DNA of 63,292 nt, counting the filler, from Hyphochytrium catenoides (taxonomy: Eukaryota; Protista; Hyphochytriomycota), in assembly GCA_900088475.1 (NCBI GenBank). It is 16 parts of 16 records of this genome, joined end to end, with 100 filler letters (N's around TTAATTAATTAA, not from the genome) between each part and the next. Parts side by side here need not be neighbours in the genome. Positions count along the whole stretch, not along the records: positions 44,455 to 47,706 come from FLMG01003241.1; positions 47,807 to 52,935 come from FLMG01003372.1; positions 53,036 to 54,614 come from FLMG01000947.1; positions 54,715 to 55,845 come from FLMG01004427.1; positions 55,946 to 56,988 come from FLMG01004017.1; positions 57,089 to 58,319 come from FLMG01001050.1; positions 58,420 to 62,138 come from FLMG01001207.1; 9 more parts are not named here. One strand, written 5' to 3'. Positions 46,767-59,443 of the stretch are shown in pieces. The notes below the pieces were generated by a model, which saw nothing but the letters and a program-made list of their open reading frames with translations, had not been told where the DNA came from and ran no database searches. The position numbers and the translations under genes are program-made. The first letter of the stretch is position 1, and each line of letters starts with the position of its first letter.

Positions 46767-47382
46767 TTTGTCCTCTTTCTCGCTCTCGGTCTCTCTCGGT
46801 TTCGATCTCTTTCTCCACCTCTTCTCGGTCTCTTTCTCTCAATCTTTCTCATTCTCGCTTTCTTTCTCTCGCCTTCGTTCTTCTTTGTCTCTCGCTGTCT
46901 TTTTTCCTTCCTTTTTGCTCTCTCCCTTTTTTTCTTTCTCCTGGTGTTTCTCTCAATTCTCTGTCTTCCGCCCACCTTCTCGAGCGGCCTTCTTTGCTCT
47001 ATTTTTTCTTTTGTCATAAGCTGTCTCTCTCTTTCTCTCTCTGATAATGCGTTTTGCCTTTCACTCTTCTCTCTCCCTCGTTTGCTGTCTCTCTCCCTTG
47101 TCCTCATGTCCCTCTCGTGTCGTCTCTCTTTTCTCTCTCTCTCTTTTTTGCCCCTCTCGCTCTCCCTTTTCTATCGCATTTTCACTCTTCTCTCTCTCAG
47201 AATGTGTTTCTCCCCATCAATTGGCTTGAAGGACTCACTTTCTCTCTCTCTCTCTTCTCACTCCCTTTTCTCTCCTTTTCTCTCTTCTCTTCCCTCTCTC
47301 TCTTTTCCTCTCTTCTCTCATCTTATCTGCAGGAGTGGAAGAAGGTCTTACATCCACAGCAGGACTGCAAATGGAGATGTGA
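44456..47382 (+). CDS. Ariadne-family RBR E3 ubiquitin ligase, C-terminal part (fragmented by gaps)
   Basis: Exons TGGYYKCNRYD...ARAK | AELDRYLHYYQRYAEHSQ...LQETSQ | YYLPPGKEKNLFEYLQ | ENLEKNVEHLSELSE...INYTRVTERFLGNLLN | GVEEGLT...*. Confidence 0.88.
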
Positions 47383-47700
47383 GATATAGGGGGAGAGAGA
47401 GAGGGAGAGAGAGAGATTCTTAGCAAAGTAGGGTGAGAATAAGAGAGAGAGGGAGAAGGTAGATTTACATTGACAATATCTCTTTCAGCTTCTTTCTCTT
47501 TTCTCTCTCTTGTGCACAGTAAATAAACTCTTTTCCGAGGTGCCCATGACTCTCTCTCTCTCTCTCTCTCGTACAGCATAGAAACAAGCTGAACATTTTG
47601 GATCACTGACTCGTTTTCTCTCTAATGATACCCGGATCTCTCTCTCTCTCTTCTTCATCGGGACCTCTCCATCCTCTCTCTCTTTGGTTTTGCCGGTTTG
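44537..47700 (+). repeat. Dense (CT)n/pyrimidine microsatellite field (similar fields at ~18-21, 36-40 and 55-59 kb)
   Basis: Long imperfect (CT)n and (GA)n tracts, often adjoining N gaps. Confidence 0.95.
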
Positions 47701-47806
47701 CTCTTCNNNNNNNNNNNNNNNNNNNNNNNNNNNNNNNNNNNNNNNNNNNNTTAATTAATTAANNNNNNNNNNNNNNNNNNNNNNNNNNNNNNNNNNNNNN
47801 NNNNNN

Positions 47807-48544
47807 TACTGGGATTCCGAAGCTCTAAGCTTTCCCAGATCCTATACATGCGTAACAAAGGAACTGGACGAGAACATGACAGTGGCTCTAGCATACTGGC
47901 TCTACCGGTATTATGAGCCTTATAAAGCACTGTGGAAGAGACTTGCTCCAGAGCTTAGTGCAAACTTAGACAGGAGGCGGCTATCAACCAGAGATCTCAA
48001 GGTTCTGAGGGAAAGGGCGAGGATAGCGCAAGCCAGGCAAGTGGTTGAAGGAACTCAAGAGAGTAATGATAGGCCTTTGACGCCACTGCTCATTCTGCTG
48101 GGTATGAATGTGAAAGAGTGGGCCCAGAGAAACGGTTCCGTGATCTATGACTCCGTTATCCTTAACCAGAAGCAGCAGCTCATTATCCGCTCCGCTAGAA
48201 GGGACAAGGGGCGGAAGTCGCAAGCAAGCTTCGTAAGCTTGAGTGCTGACAACGACGGGACAAGAAGAAACTCTAAGTTCATTGGGCACGTGCATCATAT
48301 TCTCCTCCTCAGTGTCGGAGACGACAGAGTCATGACTCTAATAGGGGCCAAATGGTCCCAATCGTTCTGGGAGGATGACACTGAGTTTGTGAGGCTAACT
48401 GACACTGACCGCTTCGACTATGAGGAGTTTGCTACCATTGATAACCTTCTGATGCTTGCTCCTGACAAATTCAAGTTGGCTCAACAAGGACGCCGCTATG
48501 TAGTAGTTTGCAAGGCCCGCCGGAAGCCTGTGATCATGAAGTAA
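47807..48544 (+). CDS. C-terminal part of a possible CACTA/EnSpm-type transposase
   Basis: Intronless open frame from the contig edge. IIRS...SFVSL...FIGHVHHILL...LIGAKW resembles the beta-rich tail of CACTA (Tnp2-type) transposases; catalytic core not in contig. Confidence 0.4.
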   Translation, partial: YWDSEALSFPRSYTCVTKELDENMTVALAYWLYRYYEPYKALWKRLAPELSANLDRRRLSTRDLKVLRERARIAQARQVVEGTQESNDRPLTPLLILLGMNVKEWAQRNGSVIYDSVILNQKQQLIIRSARRDKGRKSQASFVSLSADNDGTRRNSKFIGHVHHILLLSVGDDRVMTLIGAKWSQSFWEDDTEFVRLTDTDRFDYEEFATIDNLLMLAPDKFKLAQQGRRYVVVCKARRKPVIMK

Positions 48545-50295
48545 TGGCATCCGTGCGATAATATATTAAACTAACGAAAGGCTGCCCTGCCGTCTGCACT
48601 GGAGGTGCATAGTCCTCACATGCCTTCGTTTTTGGTAAGGCACAGGAGAGCGGAGAAAACTCCTGAGTGATTGATGGATTTGAAGAGGCAATGATGTACC
48701 AAGTGAAAGAGAAAGGGATTGTAGAAAGCTCCATTCTTGTCAATAAGATCGCGATGGTGCATGGTAGGACTGAGGATTGTAGCGCTATATAGGCTGGCTT
48801 TAGCAGCGACCGTTGAGGGGAGGCAGCAATACAAATTACTTAGGAAAGAAGAGGTTAGAATAGGGTTACCTGCGTCGTCACCACTGCTCTCCGATACAAA
48901 GCTACTTGTGACGATACCTGTTAGTCGGAACTGATGATAAAGCTGACCTACCCTAGTTTGGTAGGAAGAACTGAGCAGCGAACTAATAAGAGTCTAATGG
49001 CAAGAAGAAGAGGTGAGCATAATTCCTAGTCTCCAGAGAGTGTGAGAAAAATACAAAGTATAAGGTGCAAGAAGAGACCTAGTCGAGACCTAGTTGGTTA
49101 AGAAAGAATAGGAGAACACTCTTGGGCAGGGGCTTGTTGTGGCAGTAAGGACGAGAAGCAGAGTATTGTACCTATTGATGAGTTCTTGGCCACGAAGCCT
49201 CCATCGGCCTACTACATTCCTTCGTCCTATTCTCTAAAGCAGCTGTCTGCCACAGAGCTGGGAAGCCTTGTTTTCTGTATGATTATCTACCGTCCACCTC
49301 TGTACGGAGGATCAGGTGGAGATCATCCTCCCTCGTCCCTTATCATGCCAGTAGGGATGCCCTAAAAACGCAGGAGCAGTAGCTTAGCATCATAGTCCCT
49401 CGTCAAAAAAAGGGCGATAGTGGGCTCGCCGAGTTGCCAGCAGTTTGTTTGTTGGTAGGTACCTTCATAGCCCTGTTCCTAAAGCCTTATTCGGCGCGTT
49501 CGTTTGATGAGTCCTCTTCGATTGAGATGGTTGCTTTGCTCATCACTATCATCGTTGGACAGTGATAATGAGGATGATGGCCCCAGATTGTATGCCGCTG
49601 ATGGCTGATCGATGAAGTGATGAGTGATTGGCTTTCTTCAGTCAGAAAGCCAGATAGATCAACAAACAAGCAGCACCCAGAGTTTGTGCAATCGTGCTTC
49701 TTTCTGATGGTGAGTGGTCTCTCGTATGTGCCAGGATAGGGGACATCTTCCCTGTAGGGCTGATCTACGATGGGTAACCCTCACAAGCACTAGTATGCCG
49801 GGGTCACCCCCTCGGAATTGATTGCTTGTAGTAATAGGGTTGGTTCTCATTTCTTGGGGGATAGCGAAAAGCAATGAAATCACTGGTGGGGCTTGCGTAC
49901 GGTATTGCAAATTCCCGGTACCCTAAGGTAAACATACCACTAGTGACCGAAGTAGTAATACGTTAAGTACTTAACGCGCCAACTTGAAGAAGAAAAGGAC
50001 CAGCGATTCTGCTGTACTGAACTGAGAGTGATGAAAGGTCATCAATTTTCAAAATTTTCCGCACTTCTGTGCTATGCCCTCATCATAAGCTCAATCTCTT
50101 TCTATCTCTGAGGCGGTGCAGCTCAATGAGCTTTTCAAAGATAGCTCTTGGTCTTCGTCACGTACTCCTCTGGCCACCGTCATTGACTGTAAGTTCTAGC
50201 GACATTCTGTTACCTTCCCGTCTACTATCCTTCTTGGAGAAATTGATTGTTGGCGAGAAGAAGGGGAAGGAGGACACAAACAAGGCAACAAGAAG

Positions 50296-52593
50296 ATGAT
50301 GGCGTCTGGTGCTGCTGAAGCAGCAGTACGCAACAATGATGGCAACAGCCACGATCCTCCTGCACGCGACTATGATGAGAGCCGTATGTCTGATACCGCA
50401 GGAGGAAGAGATGAATCCGCAGATCGTGAAAAGAGTGCAGGCGACGATGAAGAAGAAGAAGATAATAGTGCGGCTCCACAGACTCATCAAAGCGGCCCAC
50501 CAGGAGGATCTCCTGCCACTTCTACTCCGTCTTCTGCTGGTCCATCACCGGTCTGTACTCTGGAGGCATGCATGCGAGCCAGAGGAATTGAGGCTGCGTT
50601 CAGCGACGTGAAACCAGTCTGCAGCCTGGATGTGTTCTTGAGAGACCTATTGTTCATCAAGAGAACGGGAAGGGCGAGGCCCTTGTTATCAGGAGCAGAA
50701 GGTTCCTCAGATGACTGCCCAAACAGTTGCGCGCCAGGCGATATCTCACTCACGTATTCTGTTCAGGAACTGCGGGCTTCCGCTAGATACCTTGTACAGA
50801 TCATCTCTTTGGCAGATAACCAGCAGTCCGTTCACGAGGACGATAGAAGAGATGAAGAAGATACCAGCTTAGATGATGATGATGATGATGATGGATTTCG
50901 CCAACTGAAGCTCTTCAGCTATAGAAAATTGCCACCGAATGTGAAGGTACTCAAAGCTCTTCAATGTCTTACTATTATCCATGGGCCACAAAAGTTGTGG
51001 GTCATGACCAGCTCCATTTGTATTGAACCCATCGGGTTGTTGTCCCGCTCTCGATATGGTACTGATGATGTCTTCTGATTGCCCTTCCTTGTTAACAGAG
51101 AAAAATCTCCCTAACAATCCACAAACATTTGGGCATCCAGAGGAGGGATGGTGCCTCTAAAGCCCTGCCAGGGACCTTCCCGACATACTCACAGATCAAG
51201 AATGATCCTGACCTTATCCAAGCCTATAATAAGGCTCGTCAAGAAATTCTAGAAATCTCAGGAGTACCCGCAACCGTGGAGAACAAGGACAGGATAGAAA
51301 AGGCAGTACAGACCGCTATGAAGTCCCGACGTGCTAATATAAGGCGGAATAAGGTGACAGGGAAGCGATCAGCAGTCAACCCGCAGTACGAGTCAGACAG
51401 CCAAGGCTCAAGTACAGCAGGCGGGGCTCTCTCTCCCACAAGGAGCACTGATACTAGGAAGGTAGCACTTATCCTGACGATGTGGCTTCATTCAGCTGGA
51501 TCTAACGCTTATCATGTTGTACTGACACGTCATTGGCATCTACGTGTCATTGCTCTGCTTCTCGCCTTTACTAGGAGCCTCCAACAAGACCAGGTACAGG
51601 AAACCCTCCAGTAGGGTGGGACGATGGCGACCGACGGTCGTCACCTGACATAAGAGATGTAAGCCTGGCTGCTGCTCTATCCTCCTCTATTATTCATGTT
51701 CAGCAGTGCTACCCCGTCGTCGTCCTTCTGCTCCCGGTGAACGTGTTGGAGTTAACGCACCCTGCTTGACCCGTTCAATATTGCCCAGTTATGATGGTTA
51801 TTGCGCTTGCAAATTCTGGACTTTCTTAGTGATAATGGGCTTGCAATTTCTGTACGTTCTTTCATTACTGAGAATGGAAGTTGAGCCTACTATTCACTAA
51901 CCTGACCTATCCCTGTCCTTGTGTCCTGCACATTCTGCCCTCTTCCCAGCAATCTGCAACAAGAGCCACCGCAAACCATCACTCGTATAAAGCTGCTTCC
52001 AAAGATGATTGCCTGCCGGAGAGACCAAAGAAAAGGAACAAATCCGTGGTAAGCTCATGTGCTAGCTTAACCACTTCTCTGTCACTTACTCAACTTCTTA
52101 GAAGCTTACAACCCTGCTACTGAAGCTGCCAGCTGGCTTGTTTTCCTTCGAATTCCTCTCTCTGGTGCGTCACCTGAAAAATGGCTCTGACCGACATCAT
52201 CCTTGCCCTTTCTTTCGCCTTCTTCAGGGGGGAAAACAGTACAAGTCTCATACTTCTTCGCCCTCGTCGCACCACCAACCTGCTCCTCAGAAAGCACAAA
52301 AGAATAGGACTAACCTCGGCACAAAGGAGAACCCGCGTGTAGTAGGAAACAAACCACAGTCTCGACCGCCGCCTCAAGAAGGCACAAGATCAATCTCCTC
52401 TTCCTCCGCTGCCCTCGGTGGTGCCGTTCCACCTCCTCCTCCTTTGTCTCGAGGAGGTCTATTACCGAGGAAGAACACCGATTCATTTCCTGGTGCCTCA
52501 ACAAATGGCGCTCCTCTTCGCTCCTCAAGTCGGGCTAATCGGGGTATCAACTTCCACCGTCAAACCACTTCCTCAGCGGCCGCGTCGGTGTAG
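50296..52593 (+). CDS. Hypothetical multi-exon protein, possibly a transposon accessory ORF
   Basis: Long open segments 50296-51078, 51129-51460 and 52138-52593 with disordered ends and a helical basic block (KDRIEKAVQTAMKSRRANIRRNK); exon structure not fully resolved. Confidence 0.4.
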
Positions 52594-53835
52594 ACAACAA
52601 CGCTGATTGCTCGGTATGACTGTGACACGGCAAGGCATAATTCGGGTTCGAGACAGAGCCAGAGAAGAGCTGAGAGGAGAGATTCCGAAATAAGCGAGAC
52701 AGAGAGAGAGGGACAGCGGTAGGAGAGATATTTTTGGAGAGTAAGAATAGTAATCCAAAGGTTATCTATAATGCGTTGCCCTAACTTAATGGATCCATTA
52801 GAACGATTACAAAGGGTAAGACAGTAATACATTCAGTATATATTTGGAAATCTCCCAGACTACCCACACATATTCAGAACATAAAAGTTCCGCCGTGCAT
52901 CTGAAGTACACCACTATTGTTGGACACCCCAAATANNNNNNNNNNNNNNNNNNNNNNNNNNNNNNNNNNNNNNNNNNNNTTAATTAATTAANNNNNNNNN
53001 NNNNNNNNNNNNNNNNNNNNNNNNNNNNNNNNNNNTTTCCTAGCAATCCGTACGACACCATAGTGGCCTGAAGGCGGAAAACGGCAGATGAACATGTGTG
53101 AGCTTAAAGCCTTTCCTAGACTCTTATGCCGGGGTATACCATGGCCAAGTTCCTTCTTATCCACATCATAGAACGTGAAGACGTCAGACTCAACACCTGC
53201 ACATCACAGGTTAGCCTGTCAATTAACGTAGGGTAGAGCGACAAGGATCACCCGTCACTGATGGCCTTTTCTCAGTGTGCCGCCTGTCTGGTCTGGGGGG
53301 TTTTGGAGCTACTTGGCCCTGCTGCTGAGCTCCTGTCGGAGTAGTGGCTCCTAGGGTTTCTGATTAGCATCCAGATTACAGTTGCAGATGCTTACACGTA
53401 CCAGCGGGCCTAGGATGAGGCGAGTAGACGGCAGCTGTCGATGGACCGCCTTGCTGAACTCCTTCACCGCCACGCTTGCTACCGCGAGCACTCTTGCCTT
53501 GACCCTGACCCATGATCCCACCACTATCTACGCAGAGGGTCAGGTGGAGTCTACGCTGCTCTCTGTTACGGCTATAAGGGGCCTTCCAGAATAAAAAGCT
53601 CAAGCCGCACGCAGCGCAGGGGAACTCCAAAGAGATATTGAGGCCCGATGACGCTGCGGCGAACGAATCTTTTTATACTGTAGCAGCTCCAGCGTGACCT
53701 ACACCTGCAGAAGAACTCTTGCACTTGAAGAAAGAGAGTATAAGACAGAGTAAGTAGCGGGCTGAGGACACAGAGAAGCCTTCAAGCTAACAGTCCAGAC
53801 TGCTCACAGTGCTAGGAAGGCCAAGAACACTGAAC

Positions 53836-53880
<45 letters not shown>

Positions 53881-56571
53881 GCAACAAACGCTTATCAGAG
53901 TACGGATAACCGATTAGTGAATCATTATACGGTAATCAAGGATGCCCAGGTTGTTACAAGTAGAAGTTAGAAGAAATGATGATGACGAGGTGGGGATGAT
54001 GAAGAAATGAAGCTTTATCAATGATTTACAGCCGTTTAGAGACAAGGAACAAGCCAGAGAGAAGCTTGCTCTCCTGTGTCGCTCACCTCTGTCGTGGAGC
54101 TCCTTGCGACTTCTGTAGATGAGTCATAGTTCAGTTAAAGTCATTCAAAGACTTCACGTTATCTGAATGTTAAAACTGAGAATGGTGATGACCCAATGAC
54201 TTATCCCATAAACTTTTAGACTGAATATGACAGAGATGTCCTCCTGTGAAAAAGAGCTTCTCTGACTTCTTGCCAGTAGCCACGTGGTTATCAGCCTTCT
54301 CTGTGTAACAAGCGGCTGATCGTAGCCCTTTCTAAGAAAGAGATTGAGGCACAAGGATACACTAGAGTGGATCGGGTAATCAGTCCGCTGGCACCTGAAC
54401 CTTGGTTGATTAGCGTGAAGCACCCCTACGCTGCCTAGAACCCTGGGGCCAGACGTGATGGACGATGTCCTCTGGAAATAGTTCCATAAAGCTAAGCACA
54501 TCTCATAGATAAATTAACTTAGGTATCATAGCACTCTTTTGTGACGCCCTGTCGATAGTTCTTGCACTTGTCACCAAGTGGCCTTATCCTGCAACCTCAA
54601 TGACTTCTGTTGGCNNNNNNNNNNNNNNNNNNNNNNNNNNNNNNNNNNNNNNNNNNNNTTAATTAATTAANNNNNNNNNNNNNNNNNNNNNNNNNNNNNN
54701 NNNNNNNNNNNNNNACTTGTAAGACATAGAGATCAAGACAGAGTCTAGGACAGAGAGAGAAAGAGAAAGCAGGTGGATGGCACAATGCGAGGGACGAGAC
54801 AGAGCGGGGGAGAGATATGAAGAGGCAGACTGCAGGTACGACCAGAACCCGATAAATCAATAGAAATAATCTGTGGCCGATAGACAGAGTAACAGACAGA
54901 GTGAGTACGAGCGACACACAATCCATCATGGAACCGTGGGAATCCATAAGAAACCCTAGAGAGGCTGTTTACTGCGCGTGAGAGAGACAGAGAGGGTGAA
55001 AGAGAGAGAAGAAAGAAACAGAGAAGAGAAAGGTAAAGAAGATAAGAGAGAGAAAAAGAGAGCAAGAGNNNNNNNNNNNNNNNNNNNNNNNNNNNNNNNN
55101 NNNNNNNNNNNNNNNNNNNNNNNNNNNNNNNNNNNGGTTTCGCTATCATTCTTCTCTCTTTTTGCAGTTGCGAGCCGTCTGAGATCTTCTGAAAGAACGC
55201 GCTGAGAATGTCCCCTCTTCTCGATTAAAGGACCTTACAGTGCAAGTGATCTGTAGGGGTTGACCTGACACCCGTGTTCTATCTCTGTCGAAGCCTCTCC
55301 AGACGTGTGCTCTTAATAAGTTTTACGAGGTTGCCAGGACAGCAGGAAGAAGCTCTCCGTCTATCCGTCGAAGGTGTTCTGTGCCAAGGAGAAGCTGGAA
55401 TGTACATGGTAACTCACGTGCTACGCGCCTCATCTTTCTTCTGGCTCCCATCACTTTTGGCATCACCGACGGCAGATGGAGTGGGACCTTGAAGTATGCC
55501 TCCCATCTTCACCCTTAACAACCATAACTCCACGTGCGCTATCAGCCCGATCCTGTTATCTTTATGACTTCTATTACTCCCCATCCATGGCCTCGGCGTC
55601 TAACATGATCCATCTCCAGGTCTTTCATTTGCTAAAGTGAAGGGGTTGCGTCCCTCAGGCTAGCTTCCTATTGAATTGCGGGATTAGAGAGGTTACTGTT
55701 AATCCTTTCACGCTCATAGAACAGCAAGGATGGGAAAAAACGGTGCCAAACAGACCAGCAAGTCTCCCAAAGCTGGAAGCAAGGCTCCGTCGTCTTTCCT
55801 AGCATTAATTGAAGGGGAGGAGAAGGGCCCAAAGCCCAGCCTTGTNNNNNNNNNNNNNNNNNNNNNNNNNNNNNNNNNNNNNNNNNNNNTTAATTAATTA
55901 ANNNNNNNNNNNNNNNNNNNNNNNNNNNNNNNNNNNNNNNNNNNNAGAGAGAGAGAGAGAAAGAAAGAAAGAAAGAGAGAGAGACAAAGAGAAGTCAGCC
56001 ACTGCCAGGAGCGAAGAGAGGGAAAAGCAGATGGAGAGTGTGAGGTGACTCTATGACCGCTGCTTGTTGTTTCATTCTCTCTGTCGGTTTCCTGTCTCTC
56101 TCTCTCTTTTCTCCTGATCTTCTTTCTCTCTTCCTCCCCTTTCCTGTCTCTTTGTCTCTCTTTCTGTTCTTCTCATTTCTGCCTTACCCTTCAATAAGTT
56201 TCTTGGGTCCCTCTCTCTCTCTCTCTCTCTCTTCACTTACCTCCTGAGGCTGCCCTTACTCTCTCCAAAGAACTTTCCTCCCGCTTGCTTCAGCGGAGGA
56301 GGCGTCTGTCAAAAGAAAGAAGACAAATGATGTTACGGGTCTCCTCCGTCTCTGTCTTTCTCTCTCTCGTTCTCTCCCCCTTTCTCTCCTTCTCTCCCTC
56401 TCTTCTCTCTTCTCTTACTCGTCCTCGTGTTCTCTCCCTCCCTCTTTTATGGGACTCTTCCTCAGGCTCTCCTTCCCTCTCGTCGACAAGTTGTGGCTTA
56501 TTTTTCTCTTTGTTCTTTTTTCTCTTCTCCCGGCCCCATCTTTAGTTGTATGCACGGCTCTCTTTATCAGT

Positions 56572-56602
<31 letters not shown>

Positions 56603-59443
56603 AATGTATCTATCTATCTATCTTTCTAGAGTGCAGCCCCTTGTATTCTATCTTTCATTTCTCTCTCTCTCTCTTGTTATCTCTCTCTCTCTCTCTCCTT
56701 TTGTTTTCTCTTCCTCTGTCTCACCCTTGGCCTGGCCGCGGCGGTGGGAGAGACTGGTCGCGCTTTCGATTTCTTTCTTCCCGCGACGCTCTTAGTCTCT
56801 TCTGTCTGTGAAGGCTCCTCAGCCACCACCGAGCGCTAAGGAAACAACCAGGGTCAGTGTCCAAAGCTCTTTCTTCTCTCTCTTTCTCTTCTTTCTCGCT
56901 CATATTTTATTGCGTGTGTGTCTCTCTCTTTCCCCCGCTGTCTCTCTCCCCCCGTTATCCCTTCTCCTCATATATCTTCTATCTCTCTNNNNNNNNNNNN
57001 NNNNNNNNNNNNNNNNNNNNNNNNNNNNNNNNTTAATTAATTAANNNNNNNNNNNNNNNNNNNNNNNNNNNNNNNNNNNNNNNNNNNNTCAATAATCATA
57101 TTTCTTTCCTATGGGCATCTCCTTTCTAAGCGTTCTCGTTATCACACCGAGCGGCTTTTACAAGCTCTGCGACTCCTTCGTCCTCTAAGACTTACCCTTT
57201 CTATTGTGGGAAATACAAATCTTTTACAGCCGGCTCTGCTTTTCTGCTGCACCATCCTTTCATCTTCTCTCTTTCAATCACTGAGTCTTTCTCCTTTCCA
57301 CCTAGTCCATTGCTCTTGTCCAATGCCATAATACCAGCCCTGTTACTCCTCCTCCTTGTTCATTCCAGCAGATTAGGGAGCAAAGAACTATTGAATGGAT
57401 CATAATAAAATCGTTCCGCTTATTATGTCCCCTTCCTGGTGGTGCCAACCTTTTCACCTGCACCACTTATTCACTTCCCTCGGCTATCATCCTCTCTCTC
57501 TGTCTCCGTTTTACTATACAAGATTCTAAGCCGTCCCCACGAAGAGCTTCAATTGTTGTCCTATTCAGATGGTAACCAGCATAAAATTGAGAGAACATGT
57601 TATTGACAAAAGTCTTGAAATCTTTTCCTTAGACGACCTGAAGGGAGGCGGCCTTAATGGTTACCCGCTGTAGGTGCATAGGTCAAGAAGTAGAGAAGTT
57701 GCTATTCAATGCTCAGCTGGATTTGACGTGAGCAGCCCAAGGTACTTAAGGTGGTGAGCAACGGAAGGAAGAAGGAGAGAAATTGTAGCATTTAGAGCAC
57801 CAGGGTTACATAGGAGGGGAGTCGCAGTCTGAAGTGAAGGTCCCATCACCCCTTATAAACCCAGCAGGGTCGATCTGTCATGGCATAAATGACGAAGTAG
57901 CGGACGAGCCACTCTCAGGTGGCAAGAAAGTACAGGTTATAATAGGCGTATGTGGGGAGAGAGAGTTGAAGAGGTTCCAGGACATGCACTATGGATGATC
58001 AATGCAGTGCAAGAACTAGAATATTCAGCAGGTCCATCAATGGAAGAGTGAATGCGCGTCTCCGAAGGACGTTCAGTAATCTACTGAGGATTGATTAGCA
58101 CTACTAGTCGTAGGGGTAAGGCGCACGTATGGGCGCACGTATGAGGACGCCGCCGCCCTACTTCCAATACTCTCATTGGCCGACGAGCGAACTTCTACAG
58201 CTAAACATTGCTGCATCAAATACGGAATATCGAACCAACAGTCATATGGCAATAAGCGGCTTTTGCAAAAGAGACAAGGATGATATAAAACTCAGAGCAT
58301 CAGCGGGAGAAGAACGCCTNNNNNNNNNNNNNNNNNNNNNNNNNNNNNNNNNNNNNNNNNNNNTTAATTAATTAANNNNNNNNNNNNNNNNNNNNNNNNN
58401 NNNNNNNNNNNNNNNNNNNGAAGGAAGAGCTGACCTCTCCTCCACCACCATAACTGTGATGAATAATGAGAGAAGCGCCATCCGACAGTTCAGATACATC
58501 TTGGGTCCTGCTAATCGATTTCCTTGCCTTCTCTCTTTGCTAATTTTGCTCTTTCTCTCTCGCTCTCTCCCATGCTTCTTCTCTCGGCTCTCGCTCTCTG
58601 TCGCTTGCTCTTGCCTTCCTCGTTCGCTCCCTTCCTGTGTCTCTTCCCTATTTCTCTCCTTCCTTTGGTTCCTCTCTTCGTTGTCACTCTCTTCCTTTCA
58701 ATCTCTTTCTCCCTCCTCGCCATCTCGTCAAGATCACTACCTCGTCTTCTCCTCCTCCTCTGGACTAGATACATGTTAGAGTAGGGAAGAGCTTGTAGGA
58801 AGGAGGACACTGTCTTGGAGGGAGAGAGAGAGAAAATGAAGAGACGAAGAGAGAGAGAAGAGGCGGCAGAGGACCAGCTAGAGAGTGCTTGACAGAAGTG
58901 TGCGTGAGTGTGGTCTGCTAGAAAATAAGAGAGAGAGACAGAGAGAGAGAGAGAACCGAGAGAGGAAATAAAGTGCAGGTAAAGCGCCTACATTGCGTGA
59001 GATTGTCGCATTCTGAAGCACAAACCACAATAGAGTGAGTTCTGGACTACGTAATATCAAGTCTCCATTCTTATCACGTCGTCAACAGGCACAACGACTG
59101 TCCAAATAATTTCGCTTAACAAAGTGGTCTCATGCTGTTCTGATGTTCTGCTCTCTCTCGCACACCAAACGACACCGCCAGCAGGTGCTTCCTACATCCT
59201 TCTTCCTCTCTCTCTCCTTGGCTCTTCCCGTCGCCTTGCTGTCTCTTCCCGGACTCGTTCTTCCCAATCCAATCTTGCCTGTCTTTCGCACTACGAAGAT
59301 CTGTGCGTGACAAGTCGAGATCCTATTTCCAGAGAGAGAGAGAAGGCAGGGAAGATGCAGGGGCTGCGGGCTGAGGAGATGGAGCCCGTGCGGCTGCACT
59401 GATTCACCTTCCAGAGCCTTGCCCCACGATCCTGTCTGCCGGG

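Noticed and set aside
53035-58319. Possible gene or retroelement fragments on short contigs
   Set aside because: Frames are interrupted and no diagnostic motifs were found; not supportable.
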